Positions 1-12,100 of a stretch of DNA of 64,000 bases are shown here, one piece after another. The stretch covers positions 1 to 64,000 of the forward strand of contig NOWV01000002.1 of the NCBI GenBank assembly GCA_003344405.1, read 5' to 3'. The number at the start of each line of letters is the position of its first letter. The stretch's first letter is position 1. The notes under the pieces are model-generated. The model was not told the origin of the DNA and made no database searches. It saw nothing but the letters and a program-made list of their open reading frames with translations. The translations under genes and the position numbers were made by a program. The stretch is from Trichoplax sp. H2. Its lineage: Eukaryota.

Positions 1-30
1 GAATTTTTAGTTCAGTTTACATCAATTATA

Positions 31-536
31 CACTATGGCACAAAATTCGGCTGCATGGAGTATAACATTGTCACAAACCAGCTTCGTGACAAGGATAACG
101 TAAAACAAATCTATCCTAAATTACTATAGTCTCCGGGATTCAGTATCCCTACTCACAAGAATTTAGACGCCTTTGATTCTACGTTAAACTCAACTAGACA
201 ATTGAGAACTGCTTTATTCAACTATCTGACGGGTTTATATACCCTTCTACAGCAGCTAACATTCACAAGTCATCTTATAAAAATACTTAGGTGAGAACAT
301 CTACTAACTAATTTTTCACAGTCGGACTACAATATGTCCATTCACAGAATCATTTCAGTACACATTACAGCGCAGCATTAAATTTACTGTAATACATTTA
401 CAATTAGAGTAATCCCTATTGTAAGTAACTAGTTGTAATATAATATCACTATATTATATTAACCAAATTTAGATATCTATTTCTTCACGGTAGTTCGTAC
501 CGTGACAAATATATTGCTATATTTTGTACCATAATG
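31..536. mobile_element. Small TIR element (CACTATGGCACAAAAT / ATTTTGTACCATAATG) hosting the family-1 LTR
   Basis: 16-bp imperfect inverted termini; the whole block is missing at the paralogous site ~25090. TSD unclear. Confidence 0.45.
69..507 (-). mobile_element. Solo LTR, family 1
   Basis: TGTCAC...GTGACA termini; flanks AACAT/AATAT (1 mismatch); TATA box then AATAAA on the minus strand (~240, ~215); near-identical inverted copy at 61135-61575; absent from the paralogous segment at ~25090. Confidence 0.85.
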
Positions 537-1654
537 TTGTTAACATTTCTTTTTAATAATTCAGTGAATTTGATATTTAAACCTGTAACGATTATATTAT
601 AAGTTTAAATGTACTGCATTATATACTAGTATTTAAGAAATGTTTGACGAGTAAAATTTAACGAATGTGTGAAGTAAAACCTTACAATAAATTTGCCTAC
701 TCTATAAGTAACTATGGTGACCAGAAATTAATCTCTTAGACTAATTCTATGCATATTGATAGATTATTCCTCAATACTTTTATATCTAAAATGATGTATA
801 TCAATAAGGCGCAATTGATTGTATAAAATCAATATCTGTCGCAATTTTTCATCTCACTTTCTCTATATCTAATGCCATATTGAGGATTATAAGCGTTGCC
901 AAGACTAAATGATCCAATATAATTTACTATTACCGAAGTATTCTTTCTGAATGTCTATCTCTAAATAACCTACCCTACGTATCTTTACTGCCTCGTCTAA
1001 GAATATGATCAAGAATATTATTGGGAAATAGCATTGAATTTTCACTGCCGTCCCTCTCTAAGCGTAACTTTTGCTTGATGATGCCCTATTATCACTTGCT
1101 TACTATTTAATAGTATCAATATTCAAAAATGAAACTTTCTGAAAGATTTACATTTATGCTACTGAATCTAATATAGCATTAACAGTAATATTTACAAGTT
1201 CTGTTCGATAAACCTAGTTACTACAGTGCGTGAGTTCGTAATAAAAGAATACCTAATCTTAATATTGTAATTTCAAGGTGCTATATTCTCTTAGAGTAAT
1301 TAATGATGTTTAGTGACATAATTTTATTTAGATTATGAGATAGTATATACTGTACACATCTTGTACTTTAATATATGATTGTGACTATTTTACATTAGAT
1401 TGTATATTATGTCTTGATGGTTTTGTGAATAAATATATAGTAATCTAGATGCCTTGTATCAGTCAGTCATCGGGTATTTATGTCCTTAAATGTCATTTCA
1501 TTAATTAGGCATTTCGATATAAATTTGCTGCTCATTCTATAGGCCCTTTTGATATTAGTAATAGCTTCCAGTTTTTATAAAAAGTTATCCAAGCCCTAAA
1601 TTTTGATAGAAAAATTAGTTCTGAAGTATAGTGTTAACGTAAAGGTAATGGCGT

Positions 1655-1921
1655 TGTCATAAACTTAGTGTTGCGAACTACTACACTAAACTAATAGATT
1701 ACTTATGCCTTGCTCCACTACACCTGGAGATCTACTGTATGGTAGTTCTTTACTACTTTCGGTCACACAGGGATAAGACTGTTCTAAAAGATTAGTATAG
1801 TTTTTATTAGTAGAGTAGCCGAGTACCTTCTCGTACACGATCTAATAAGGAAATATGATCCATTAGCTAAATACCGACAAAATCTATTTAATTAGCAAGT
1901 ACGGTGCTTTGCTCCGTAACA
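1655..1921. mobile_element. Solo LTR (267 bp)
   Basis: TGTCAT...GTAACA termini with perfect TSD GGCGT (1650-1654 / 1922-1926); absent from the paralogous segment at ~25545. Confidence 0.8.
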
Positions 1922-2424
1922 GGCGTACAAATCATTGAGAATCTGCAGGATTTAGAATGAGTGTTCCAAAGTGTTTCTTAGATGGATTTTGCTGCCCTAA
2001 TACGTAATTCAGAGACAAGATTTTAAGATTTAGCTTTTTCGCTATCTTGTCACAAAGCTGGTTAGTAGCATATAAATTTAATGAAATAATGATTTTCTGT
2101 GAGCAGATGATACATACTAATTATCCACATTATTGTAGACTGTTTTATCGATAAAAGTTGGGACAATGCTTCCATTGTGTTATTAAAAACATCATTCTTA
2201 GTAATCTAGAAATGGAAGATGAATGGCGTTTCTAACACTTAGAGTGATTGACATTCTCGTGTGGAGGACTGAGTTGTTGATTGGCTCATTAGTAAGTGCA
2301 AGATATTGCAAGGCCATTATTATTGATTTGCCTATTTCATACTAATCTTTTACTCACAATTCTTACGTAAATTTATTTATGTTAATCTAATACGGAAGTT
2401 TTATCTGGTGTGCATGTGACATAG

Positions 2425-3240
2425 CTGATCAAGAAAATCCAAAATTTGTAGAGATTTGGAACATTGTTAGATCTTATACAAAGATAATACATGCACAACT
2501 ATACTTTAGCCGAATACAGCTACTAAATACTCCTAGAAAGAATTACTAGAATAATTATAGTTGCCAGTTTTTATACTTTTCGTAGCATTCGCAGCTATTA
2601 TCAGTATAGCAACATTCTACTATATTCAATATACAGTTGTTACAGAGCCATGCTCCGAATTATTAATTGCTATGTTAATTAAAATATCTCATTTAAATTG
2701 TTGTTTGCTCCAGTAGCTTATTAGATATTAATGTTAATTAATAAGTACTTATAATTGCCAAGGTATCATAGGATATGTATACTGTACAGTATAAGTCGCT
2801 ATATCAAGAATATTCGCAAGTGCATCATCGGCGTAGGCCGAGACTATTAAAAAGGCGAGCACTAGCTTAGCTGCTCAGTTCCATTTAGTCACTTGCAGGA
2901 TCACTTGACTTTTATTGCTAAGAATATTCTTACGTTTTTCTTTAGTACATCTTACGACGAAGATTAACGTAAATAAAGTGATGTATTTAAACCTATTACT
3001 CATTAGTAGCTTATTTGTGTAGCTGAGAGTTAGTTCAACTGCGATAGGTCCCTAAGTTAATTGGGAACACGAGTACTAGTGAAGATAGCGTTTCAGACCC
3101 GTTTTCTAGTTACAAAGAAGATTTGTAACAACAGTATATTCAGATTATTATTAGGGATAACATTTTACAGTGAGCCATCACTAATCCAATCTGGAAACTA
3201 CTACAGTACTTATGTAGACTTTATTTCTGCCAGTCATAGT
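2425..3240 (+). pseudogene. Decayed hydrophobic reading frame, copy in the pseudogene unit, split by a solo LTR
   Basis: FILFVAFAAIISIATFYYIQY (2570-2632) continues as IFRLLLGITFYSEPSLIQSGNYYSTYV (3136-3220) once LTR 2638-3130, one TSD copy and a CAGTA insertion are removed. Confidence 0.48.
2638..3130 (+). mobile_element. Solo LTR (493 bp)
   Basis: Perfect terminal inverted repeat TGTTACA...TGTAACA; perfect TSD ACAGT (2633-2637 / 3131-3135); AATAAA at ~2972; absent from the paralogous sites at ~8690 and ~26665. Orientation tentative. Confidence 0.85.
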
Positions 3241-5788
3241 GGTGAGTAAAATACTATGATTATCAGACAAGGTAGTCGATAATAACGAAAGATTTATTTC
3301 GCTAGTACGAATATCAGACAGGGTAGTAGGGAAGCATATACATCTAATTGACTAGAAGCAGCTGTTGCCGAAATAACATTATTACTAGTTAGCATAGATA
3401 TCACAGATGAGGAAATTAGTTGGTTAGTAGAAAAACTACAGCTTGCTGAACCTGTGCTAACTGTGGTCGGATAAGAGTAAGAAACTTGACAAAAATTAAT
3501 TGTCTTTAAGAAGTGCTTGCATAAAAAGTTTCACAGTCATTATCCTACCAGTGCACAAGATCAGCAAGTTTTGTAATGTGAAAACATCCAAAAGCTGAAT
3601 ATAATGGATAGGTCTACAACCAAAACTGTGAACTAGCTATAACGTCTTGAGCGTTCGCCAACCAATGATAATTACCTAGCTGGTTGTTATCCATAGTATC
3701 TTTTAACCCAATCCAGTGACAAGTCTAGAGTATTAGTATATCATCTAGGCCATCATGAATTTCAGAGCTATTATCAATTGTCAAATCGATACTAGGAAAT
3801 GCCTGGCAAGCAGCTAAAGCACCACCGAAGGATTTCATGGCCCCAAAGCGCTTGAAATAATACTTATCGATTCCTCTATCCAGTTAAGAGTTTGTCATTA
3901 GCCAAAATTTATAGTTTCTTAACAGTTTTTCATACTTGACATTTTGTTAATTAATAAAGATCAACTATGCTTTAGGTACTCTCCTACCATTTAATTTTGG
4001 AATACTGTGCATGATTTTCAGTATTGTAACATACTGGTATGTATCACTAATAAATAATTTTTTTCGATATTTAACTACAGTCTATGCAACTCCAAATTCG
4101 ATATTTAGGTAAAGCAGCTGTAATTTTAGTACATCCCCTTTTCAACTGTAGCAAGCTAATCTTTTAAAACTGCAATCATATCATAGCTATCAAAAATATA
4201 ATTGTTTCTTAGTCTGTATTGTAACTAATTTCAACCCATTTTTAAATATCATCGTATCTACGACAGTATATCATCTCTAATACGTCATCTAGGACGATAC
4301 TATGCAGTAATTATGTTTCTTTTCAATATTACTGTGCTCAAGGTCAAGCATTAGGTAATGGATAACATACTATAAAGATGATGCTGACATCAGTATCAGG
4401 ATCATAGTCAAGATCGAAAATAGGAAGAATCTGTATTTGATAGGCATCTTCCCTACAGTACAGCATTTAGCATCGTTCATAGTTATATTTTCGTTAATCG
4501 TTTTAATAAGCATTATCGAATAGTTTCGCTAATAATCATCCTTTCAATTTTGAGTAAATTGATCAATTTATACAATCATCAATGATCTCATTACGTCAAG
4601 AAAATAAACTAATCACTGATATACACATCACTATTATTGGAAATTTAATCCATTGGTTACTTTACCTTCAATCTAAAATCTATACTATTTATATCATCTA
4701 TTGATTAATACTTTAACGAACCGTCAGCATTGATGGCAGTTAACGTTACATAAACGATCTAAAAAAGATAAAAAGATAATGATATCAATTCTGTCAAGAC
4801 AAAAAGCTATAACAAAATTGATCGACCTAGCTGTCTATTACAAGCTATCGAAAAAATTCCATCAAAATTTCTTCTCTAAATACTCGATATAACGATTAGA
4901 TAAAATAACTTCAGTAAAATGAATTTTAAGAGTAGGAATACAAGCAGTAAATAATGTCATCGGATACTGTATAGTAATAGTAAAAGACTATAACTTTTTC
5001 ATTACAAATCACGTTATTGATCAAAATTTGTCATAGAATCAAAGTAGAAAGATGTAATCTGTTAGTTGAGTATCTATATAACACGAATTAATATAATGTA
5101 AAGTTAAGAAAAAGAGCGTATAAAATGATTGCTTACCATGTGCTGTGATATATTTAATCTTATGTTATTGATTTTATGAACGCACACTAGATAAAATTTC
5201 TTTACCCGTTAGTTTTTAATACATTTATATTAGTATTTTTGAGGTACTATATGATAATGGGTAACAGTAATGTACAGTACATACCAAGCAAGCAATACAT
5301 AAATCCTGAAAATTGGAAGGTATGTTATGTTGAACACAGATAAATTAAAGCAGCATAAGCCTTTAAAAGTGAACTAGTATCAAGTTGAGTACGATTAAAA
5401 TGCCTGAAAGAAAATTGTATTTCACTACAATTCTTAAAGATATTCGGAAAGTTAAAAGATATATACAAGCAATAAACTAGATGCGCATCACGATTATTTC
5501 ATAAGAAAAAATTGGAATGAAATTGAGTAGATAGCTTCAAAGTATAATCTTGTCATATTTTCAATAGATACTACTGCATCGCTATCAGTAACATACATTT
5601 GCAAGACGAGAAGATCTCTATAAGCGCTCATGCTTTCTTTCTGAAAATGTACTAGAATAGAATCGAAGTGTCAGCCTATACGACCAATATTCTTGTCCCA
5701 AGTGTCATAAAGGTATTTTAGTTAAAAATTCAAATAAAATGTAATATCGGAAATACGAAAGCATTAAAATTACCAAAATGATTTTCGT
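3240..5788 (-). pseudogene. Truncated adhesion GPCR pseudogene (signal exons, CTLD and start of stalk), closest to paralogue B
   Basis: Exon 1 5774-5788 has ACG in place of ATG (ACG AAA ATC ATT TTG|gt). Exon 2 4722-4758 is intact. The CTLD exon from 3875 has a 5' deletion/frameshift and in-frame TAG stops at 3725-3727, 3614-3616 and 3545-3547. Homology to the B stalk stops at ~3240; no GAIN or 7TM exons follow. Confidence 0.88.
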
Positions 5789-8489
5789 CTGATCTGTTTG
5801 TCAAGGTAGAAGTATGAGTTGCAATACAAATAAATGGAGCGAGGATATTAACTATAAACTCGTATCAAAATAGTATCATTTGTTCACAGCTACTAGTAAT
5901 AACAAATGTTTCAGTTATTAAAATGGCGCCAATTTTATTCTGCATACAGTATTTATTCTCTGATACTATCATTGACTGCACTATTATATCATTAATGATT
6001 ACTTGTTTTATAGTAAAGTATTTGGATTGACCAAACCCATACCTTTCCATACATATCAAGAATTCCAGAATAGATAATAAAAACCGCAACGAGAAATAGG
6101 ATTTATTATAACATATCCAGCATCATATCTGTATAACAGCCGAAAAAAGCTATCACAAATAGAATAGATTACACCGCTAAGCACTAGCCCTAAAATGGAT
6201 TAAAAATTATCACCTACGTTACAACAATAACAAAATTATTTTTTAATTTTCTTTTTTAATATGACGAATATAATAGATATTTTTACTAGATAACCTATGG
6301 CCAATAATTTATTATTTCTTCTAACTAAAGGTATCTGTTACAATCCTCTTTTGTGATAAAGATTTGCAAAAAAACTTTAGCGTAGGTACGATAACTCGGG
6401 CTACTTCCCTAGTATGCATATTTTGAGCCTCTACGCTAGCGATATATGAGAACTTAATTTCTCGGCTGTACTCCACAGATAACTGATTAATTATTGTAAT
6501 TTTCTCACGTTACGACTCACGTACGCTTCATAAGTAATTACTACTTTACTTTACAACCACAAACACTGAAACAGTTTTCTACAATGAATTTCAATATTTT
6601 AACTAGCGTGAAAAAGGTACATATTTTACAAGTTACATATATGCAATTACTAAATAGATACGAGTATGCAGATATTTCGGAAATTAGAGTATTGAAACCC
6701 TCATTCTCCGTCTATATATTCTTTAATCCTAGAGTCCAGCAAGACTTTTAATTTACAGTAAATAGATACACAATAGCTTGTATTTTATATCACAATTCCA
6801 CAACCAAAGTATTGACCACAACCCCAATAAAATTTAACAACATAACATATGACCTTATCTAGACTATTTTAAGGTATTCATTATTTGCTAATCAATAATG
6901 ACTTTAATTGATTACGCAGTGCCGTAATAGCATCACATTCAGCCTTATTAATCATCCATACGTATTCCTGTGCTCTTTATTAAGAACCTATATTCAATTA
7001 TTACGATATCATATAAGCTATGATGATATAAAATTGTAATTGCCTCTCTTACTACAAGCAAATTTCGGACCTCAAACGATAAGTAGCGGTTATAAATTGT
7101 GTCCTATTTTCCTGATGTGCTGCACATTAAATCGGTTTGGATTTATTATTAATACCTTGAAGTGAATTTATACATTTATGACTATTTTTAAAGGCATTCT
7201 GAAGATATAAAATTTATCCCTTTACCTCTAGATTATTATTTTGTATACCGCTACTATTCTCGGCTGATAGCAAATTTGGCTCAAATTACGAATCATATTG
7301 AAAGATGGTTAACTATGCACTAAAACCTCAATCTGTGATGCTTCAGGTATAAAGTGCACCATTATCTAACAGCTAAATAATAGCATTCAAGCAGATAACT
7401 TTAAAATCAGATTTTATTTGACTAACATAAACAGCACTTTGCAGTTTTAATCGTGGCATAACTATTAACAAATATCAGATGAAAAGCATGTAATAAATAC
7501 AGCAGCAATAACTTTTGAGTAAGCAAAGTTGGAAAGCAACGGCTGTATAACTCGAGAGACGATCTTTCTGTTATCATTTTAAGTTTATATGTCTGTAATG
7601 ATTTCAATGATGTTAAGCTATGCTATATAGTAATAGTAAAAGACTATTAATCGGTCATTACAACGTCTGCGATAATTTCTGTGCGTATTTATGAGTTGGT
7701 ATGATATTGTCCGAAACATTATGCTTAATAGCTACGATATGGACATTGACCGCAGAATTAATAAGAAAGTTAAATTTGAAATGCCGAAACAATGCTATCA
7801 TTCACTTATTTTGCCATTAAAAATGGATACATCAACGATATCGATATAGAGAGATCGCCGAATAAAATTTATTTCTTACACCGTCCTAAAATTCTGATAT
7901 CAACTAATTCTTATCATAAGCAATTCATTACGATATTGCTCATTAGCTTAATTAAGTGTTATCAGTGATGGAACCATAAATAGTCACAAACAAATTTAAA
8001 TTGATTTTTCTATTAACTTTTGACTTGGAATTATCAACGAACTTGTTAACTAATATTGAACACAAGGTTGTATTTTATAAATATCTAATGAATTATTAAT
8101 TACTCTGATTAATATGAACTGATTTTATAATATATTCACGATTTAAACTTCAACATAGGTTACCTAGGCTCATTTTTCCCTGTTGTTTATGAAGACGATG
8201 TACGTAAAAATTTTTTGATTTCCCTATTGCTGGATCTATTCTTTGTTTTCATTTGTATAGGAACATCCTTTATTATTACCACTTTCGCACTAATACATGA
8301 ATAATTACCATTGCACAATTTCGTTGTATATATTTAGAGAGAATAATTAAATATAATTACTGACAATGCGCCGCGAGCATCTAAATTAAAAGACATCTTT
8401 GGACTCCATCGAAGATTAATTATTATTGTACAATTTCGTATTATATGCATATGGAGAATAATTATGTATTAATGTGTGTGATATATACC

Positions 8490-9000
8490 GATCACGAAAT
8501 TCCAACTTTTAGAAAAATAAGGGCTTTACTGAATCTTATACAAAGACTAACTACACACAGCTCTACTCTAGCCGAATACTACTACTAAAGACTTCTACAA
8601 CGAACTAACTGAATAATCTAAAGTTGCATGCCTTTATACTTTTCGTAGCATTCGCAGCTACAATCCGCATGGCAACCTTTTACCTTATTTTACATATAGT
8701 TAAATTATTCTTAGTAACACTATTCTACTGCGGACCATCATTAATCCGAAATGGATACGACTACAGTATTTACGTATACATTATTCACAACAGCCAAAGT
8801 ACAATGAATTAACCATATCCTAATATACGATTTGCAGTTCTATTTTTACCTATAACCTTATTAGTAACTCAACACCTTACTGTACTGTATATAGTCATCT
8901 GTACTTTAGCATAGAGTCTATACCACTACAGTCTATAGTTATGGCTACCAAATATCTCTTAGGATAAAAATAGAAGTTACGCTACAGTTCATTATACCAA
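8490..9000 (+). pseudogene. Decayed hydrophobic membrane-protein (possibly class-A GPCR-like) reading frame, copy next to gene A
   Basis: ORF 8624..8812 FILFVAFAATIRMATFYLILHIVKLFLVTLFYCGPSLI aligns in frame with copies at 26600-26900 and 2570-3240, with several synonymous differences. Stops and frameshifts flank it. Confidence 0.5.
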
Positions 9001-9117
9001 ACATGGCTAACAGTCTACAATCACAATACTAAATTACATTACAATGTGATATACGTAATATTCATAAGTACAAATCCAAATTACGCTTCAAATGTCGTTC
9101 CTTTATCTCTGATTAAA

Positions 9118-12100
9118 TTAAAGATGAGTAACGACATCTGTCATATTGTTCGCTGACACGTCAGGATTATCGAACGTAGAGAGCAAGGTAGTAACACTAG
9201 ATCGAAAAAGTTAAATCATAATTCGAGAGATTAATTACATATCTTAATCTGTGAGACAAATCAATATCGTCACAATCAATAATGTCTAAACTAAAATATA
9301 TATGAACAGGCTTCTGTATCTTCATTTAAGTGAAATATACAATGCAAAAAATACGTCTGTAGTAGTATTACTCACCTGTTTGATGAATCCTTTCTTATAG
9401 CTATCAATTCAACATTAAGAACCAGAAGATTAATTTTAGATAATTATTTGAAATAAATACTTGCAAATTAAGGAACTAATAAATATTTCTTGACTAGTTA
9501 TCAGTAGTATGGATAAGCTAATATTTGCTATAGTCTTAAAAATATGATCATTTTAAACCGATGATGGTCATTTCTAAATGAATGAATGTATTTGAATCTG
9601 ATACCTGCAGTCTTATTATGACTGAATGAACATCTTCCAATATCCCTACATTCATAACATGCATTATCTTGAGAAATTGGACGCACTGATATTTTAGCAG
9701 TACGACTGGAACGTGTATTTTCGAGCTAAGTTGAAACATTGTAGTTAGATAAATACGCATGTTAGAGTCCGATAAATGAAAGATAAATAGATTTTACTCA
9801 TTCTAATTTAGTGCCGTATTCACTAGCTAAGGATATAAGCAGTCTAACTTCATCCCGAAACTAAGTTATATAGTAGTACAGAACCGGCTTATCTTAAGAC
9901 ATTAAAAATTAGTAACAAGTCGTACTCGAATATCTCTGCTACAATCGCCAGTAGAGCGCGTTGGAAAAATCATGGAACCAAGCTTGAACTTCTTCCGCAT
10001 GTAATCTTGCATCTAATAGTAATCGAATAGGTCATGATATAAAGCAACATAGCTACTATCAATTCTCATCATTTACTGCTATTTTAATATTATGGCCTGT
10101 ATAACTGCTCTTAGTATGTTGTCGGCATTTAGAAAGTAACTTTAAAAGCTTTACATTGATGATCGCCGATCTTTCACTTTACCATGCTATTATAATTATA
10201 ATTTACGTTTGCATAAAAGAGATTAAAAACACATGATCAATAACTTACCTCGCGATCTTGAAAGCAGTGAAAGTAAAAGATCAACAATCCCTTTACACCA
10301 AGGAAAATAACAAAATCATTAATAGTGTTAAATAAACAGAACCAATATATGTGGCGGAGAGAAGGCTAACAAAAAAATAAGACTATTAGTGCTATGCAGG
10401 CTAAAAGCAAACCTGTGGACAGTTTAATATTGTAAACAAGTAAGCCAAGACAATATGGTTCGTAGCATAATACAAGATACCAAATATCCATGATATACCA
10501 AAGAGAAAGACCAAGGAAGTTACAGCTTTTATTCCGACTCTACATGAAATCGGTAAAAAGTACCTTGATTAGGCTATCATATTACTTGTTGCTATTCATC
10601 TATCAGGAAATACTTGCAGGTTTTATTAATAACAAAGTCAAGTTTTTTAACTTTTATATCTGAGACATTTTATACATATTTTTACAGTTATAATATATAT
10701 CATTATATTAGCATCTTAGCAATTAAATTCAGAAGGGACGAATTTTTTACCATACTTGAATTTTTGAATTTCGGACTTTCGGACCACAGCCTTAATAGAG
10801 AAAAGTGACCTAATAGCGGTGACTACTACCACCACGTTCCACTAGAACATCCGGTGAAGAAAATAATTATTTAAATTTCGCTTATGGGTTAGAATATTAG
10901 TAATACCGGCACTGATTATATCTAATAAATACGAGGGTAGTCAATCTTTTCATTAGCCAATGTTAGCCTAGACTATGTCACAAACTATATAGCTAAAACT
11001 AATTAATTAATTGTAGATCAAAGACAGATTGATAATACTATAATTTTACAAATACTATACGAAGTAAATATTAAATATTGGTTATCCAGTTGTTAAGATA
11101 CATTTTACTGATATTTCAAGCCTTATATGAAATATAACTGTCTTCATTATCTCACCGCAACTATAAAAATAATTGGACCTACAAAGAACCACATTTGAGT
11201 AGTAGCATTTCGAATCCAGCAACTGTCAAAAGCGATGTTCAATTAATTACATGTTAACAGATATATGAGTACACGATCATCGTTTATTCATGCTAAAAAC
11301 TTACTAATCTCGATTACGATAGGCATCAATCCCAGTAGATGCGGACACAGATACTACTATAGCTGGAGGTGCTAAGAGCCATTTATAAAAATAAATAAAA
11401 AATATTTCAATTGTCACAACATTTGTATTAATAAATGACCTATGATACAAATGTCAAACGAAATTACTTCTTACACTTTCTTAAATTAAATAGATTAATA
11501 ATAATTATCGATAATCAATTTACTGTACTAACAGTAAATATTCAATTTTTAAAATAATATTACAGCTACTGCGATTTACGGATATATCTTTTATACGCAC
11601 CCCAGCCGAAAATAAAGTAAACCCATCGAAGGTTCGGATCCATATTTTTGCGTATGGAAGAAATTTTGTGTAAAAGTAGTATGGCTTCCATCATCATCCA
11701 CATTAAACTAGCCAAGTAGAAGAAATGCAACGTAATCGCAATGATGGTGCAAATAACCTATTATTAAAAGAAAGTCACAATTATTTCATTATAGCCAATT
11801 CCAAGAATTTCAAGAAATCCAAGTGATGCTTTTGTAATAAATGTCATCTTATACATTGAACATATCTAAAAATAATAGCGATGCTGATCATTTGCACGCA
11901 TAATATTATTTAATCATTAAGAGATCTTAAACTTATCATGATCAATCTTTAGCAAGCTTGGTCTTTAAGTATCAGTAATACGTACTTAGAGAACAGATAG
12001 AGGCCGTGCATTCAAATTATCATAAATTTTATCATTCGTATTCTAATATCTTATAATATCTTAAAATTTTTTTACAAGGCATTATTTTATTTATCAGCTT

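Larger units (their letters stand above)
1..8275 (+). repeat. Segmental duplication: pseudogene unit paralogous to the gene-B unit
   Basis: 1-2420 aligns with ~25062-26025 and 3240-8275 aligns with ~37620-43680 in the same orientation, including non-coding DNA. Confidence 0.85.

Noticed and set aside
8615..8685. Minus-strand Cys-rich peptide CHADCSCECYEKYKGMQL*
   Set aside because: Antisense shadow of the plus-strand relic; frame not kept in the third copy.
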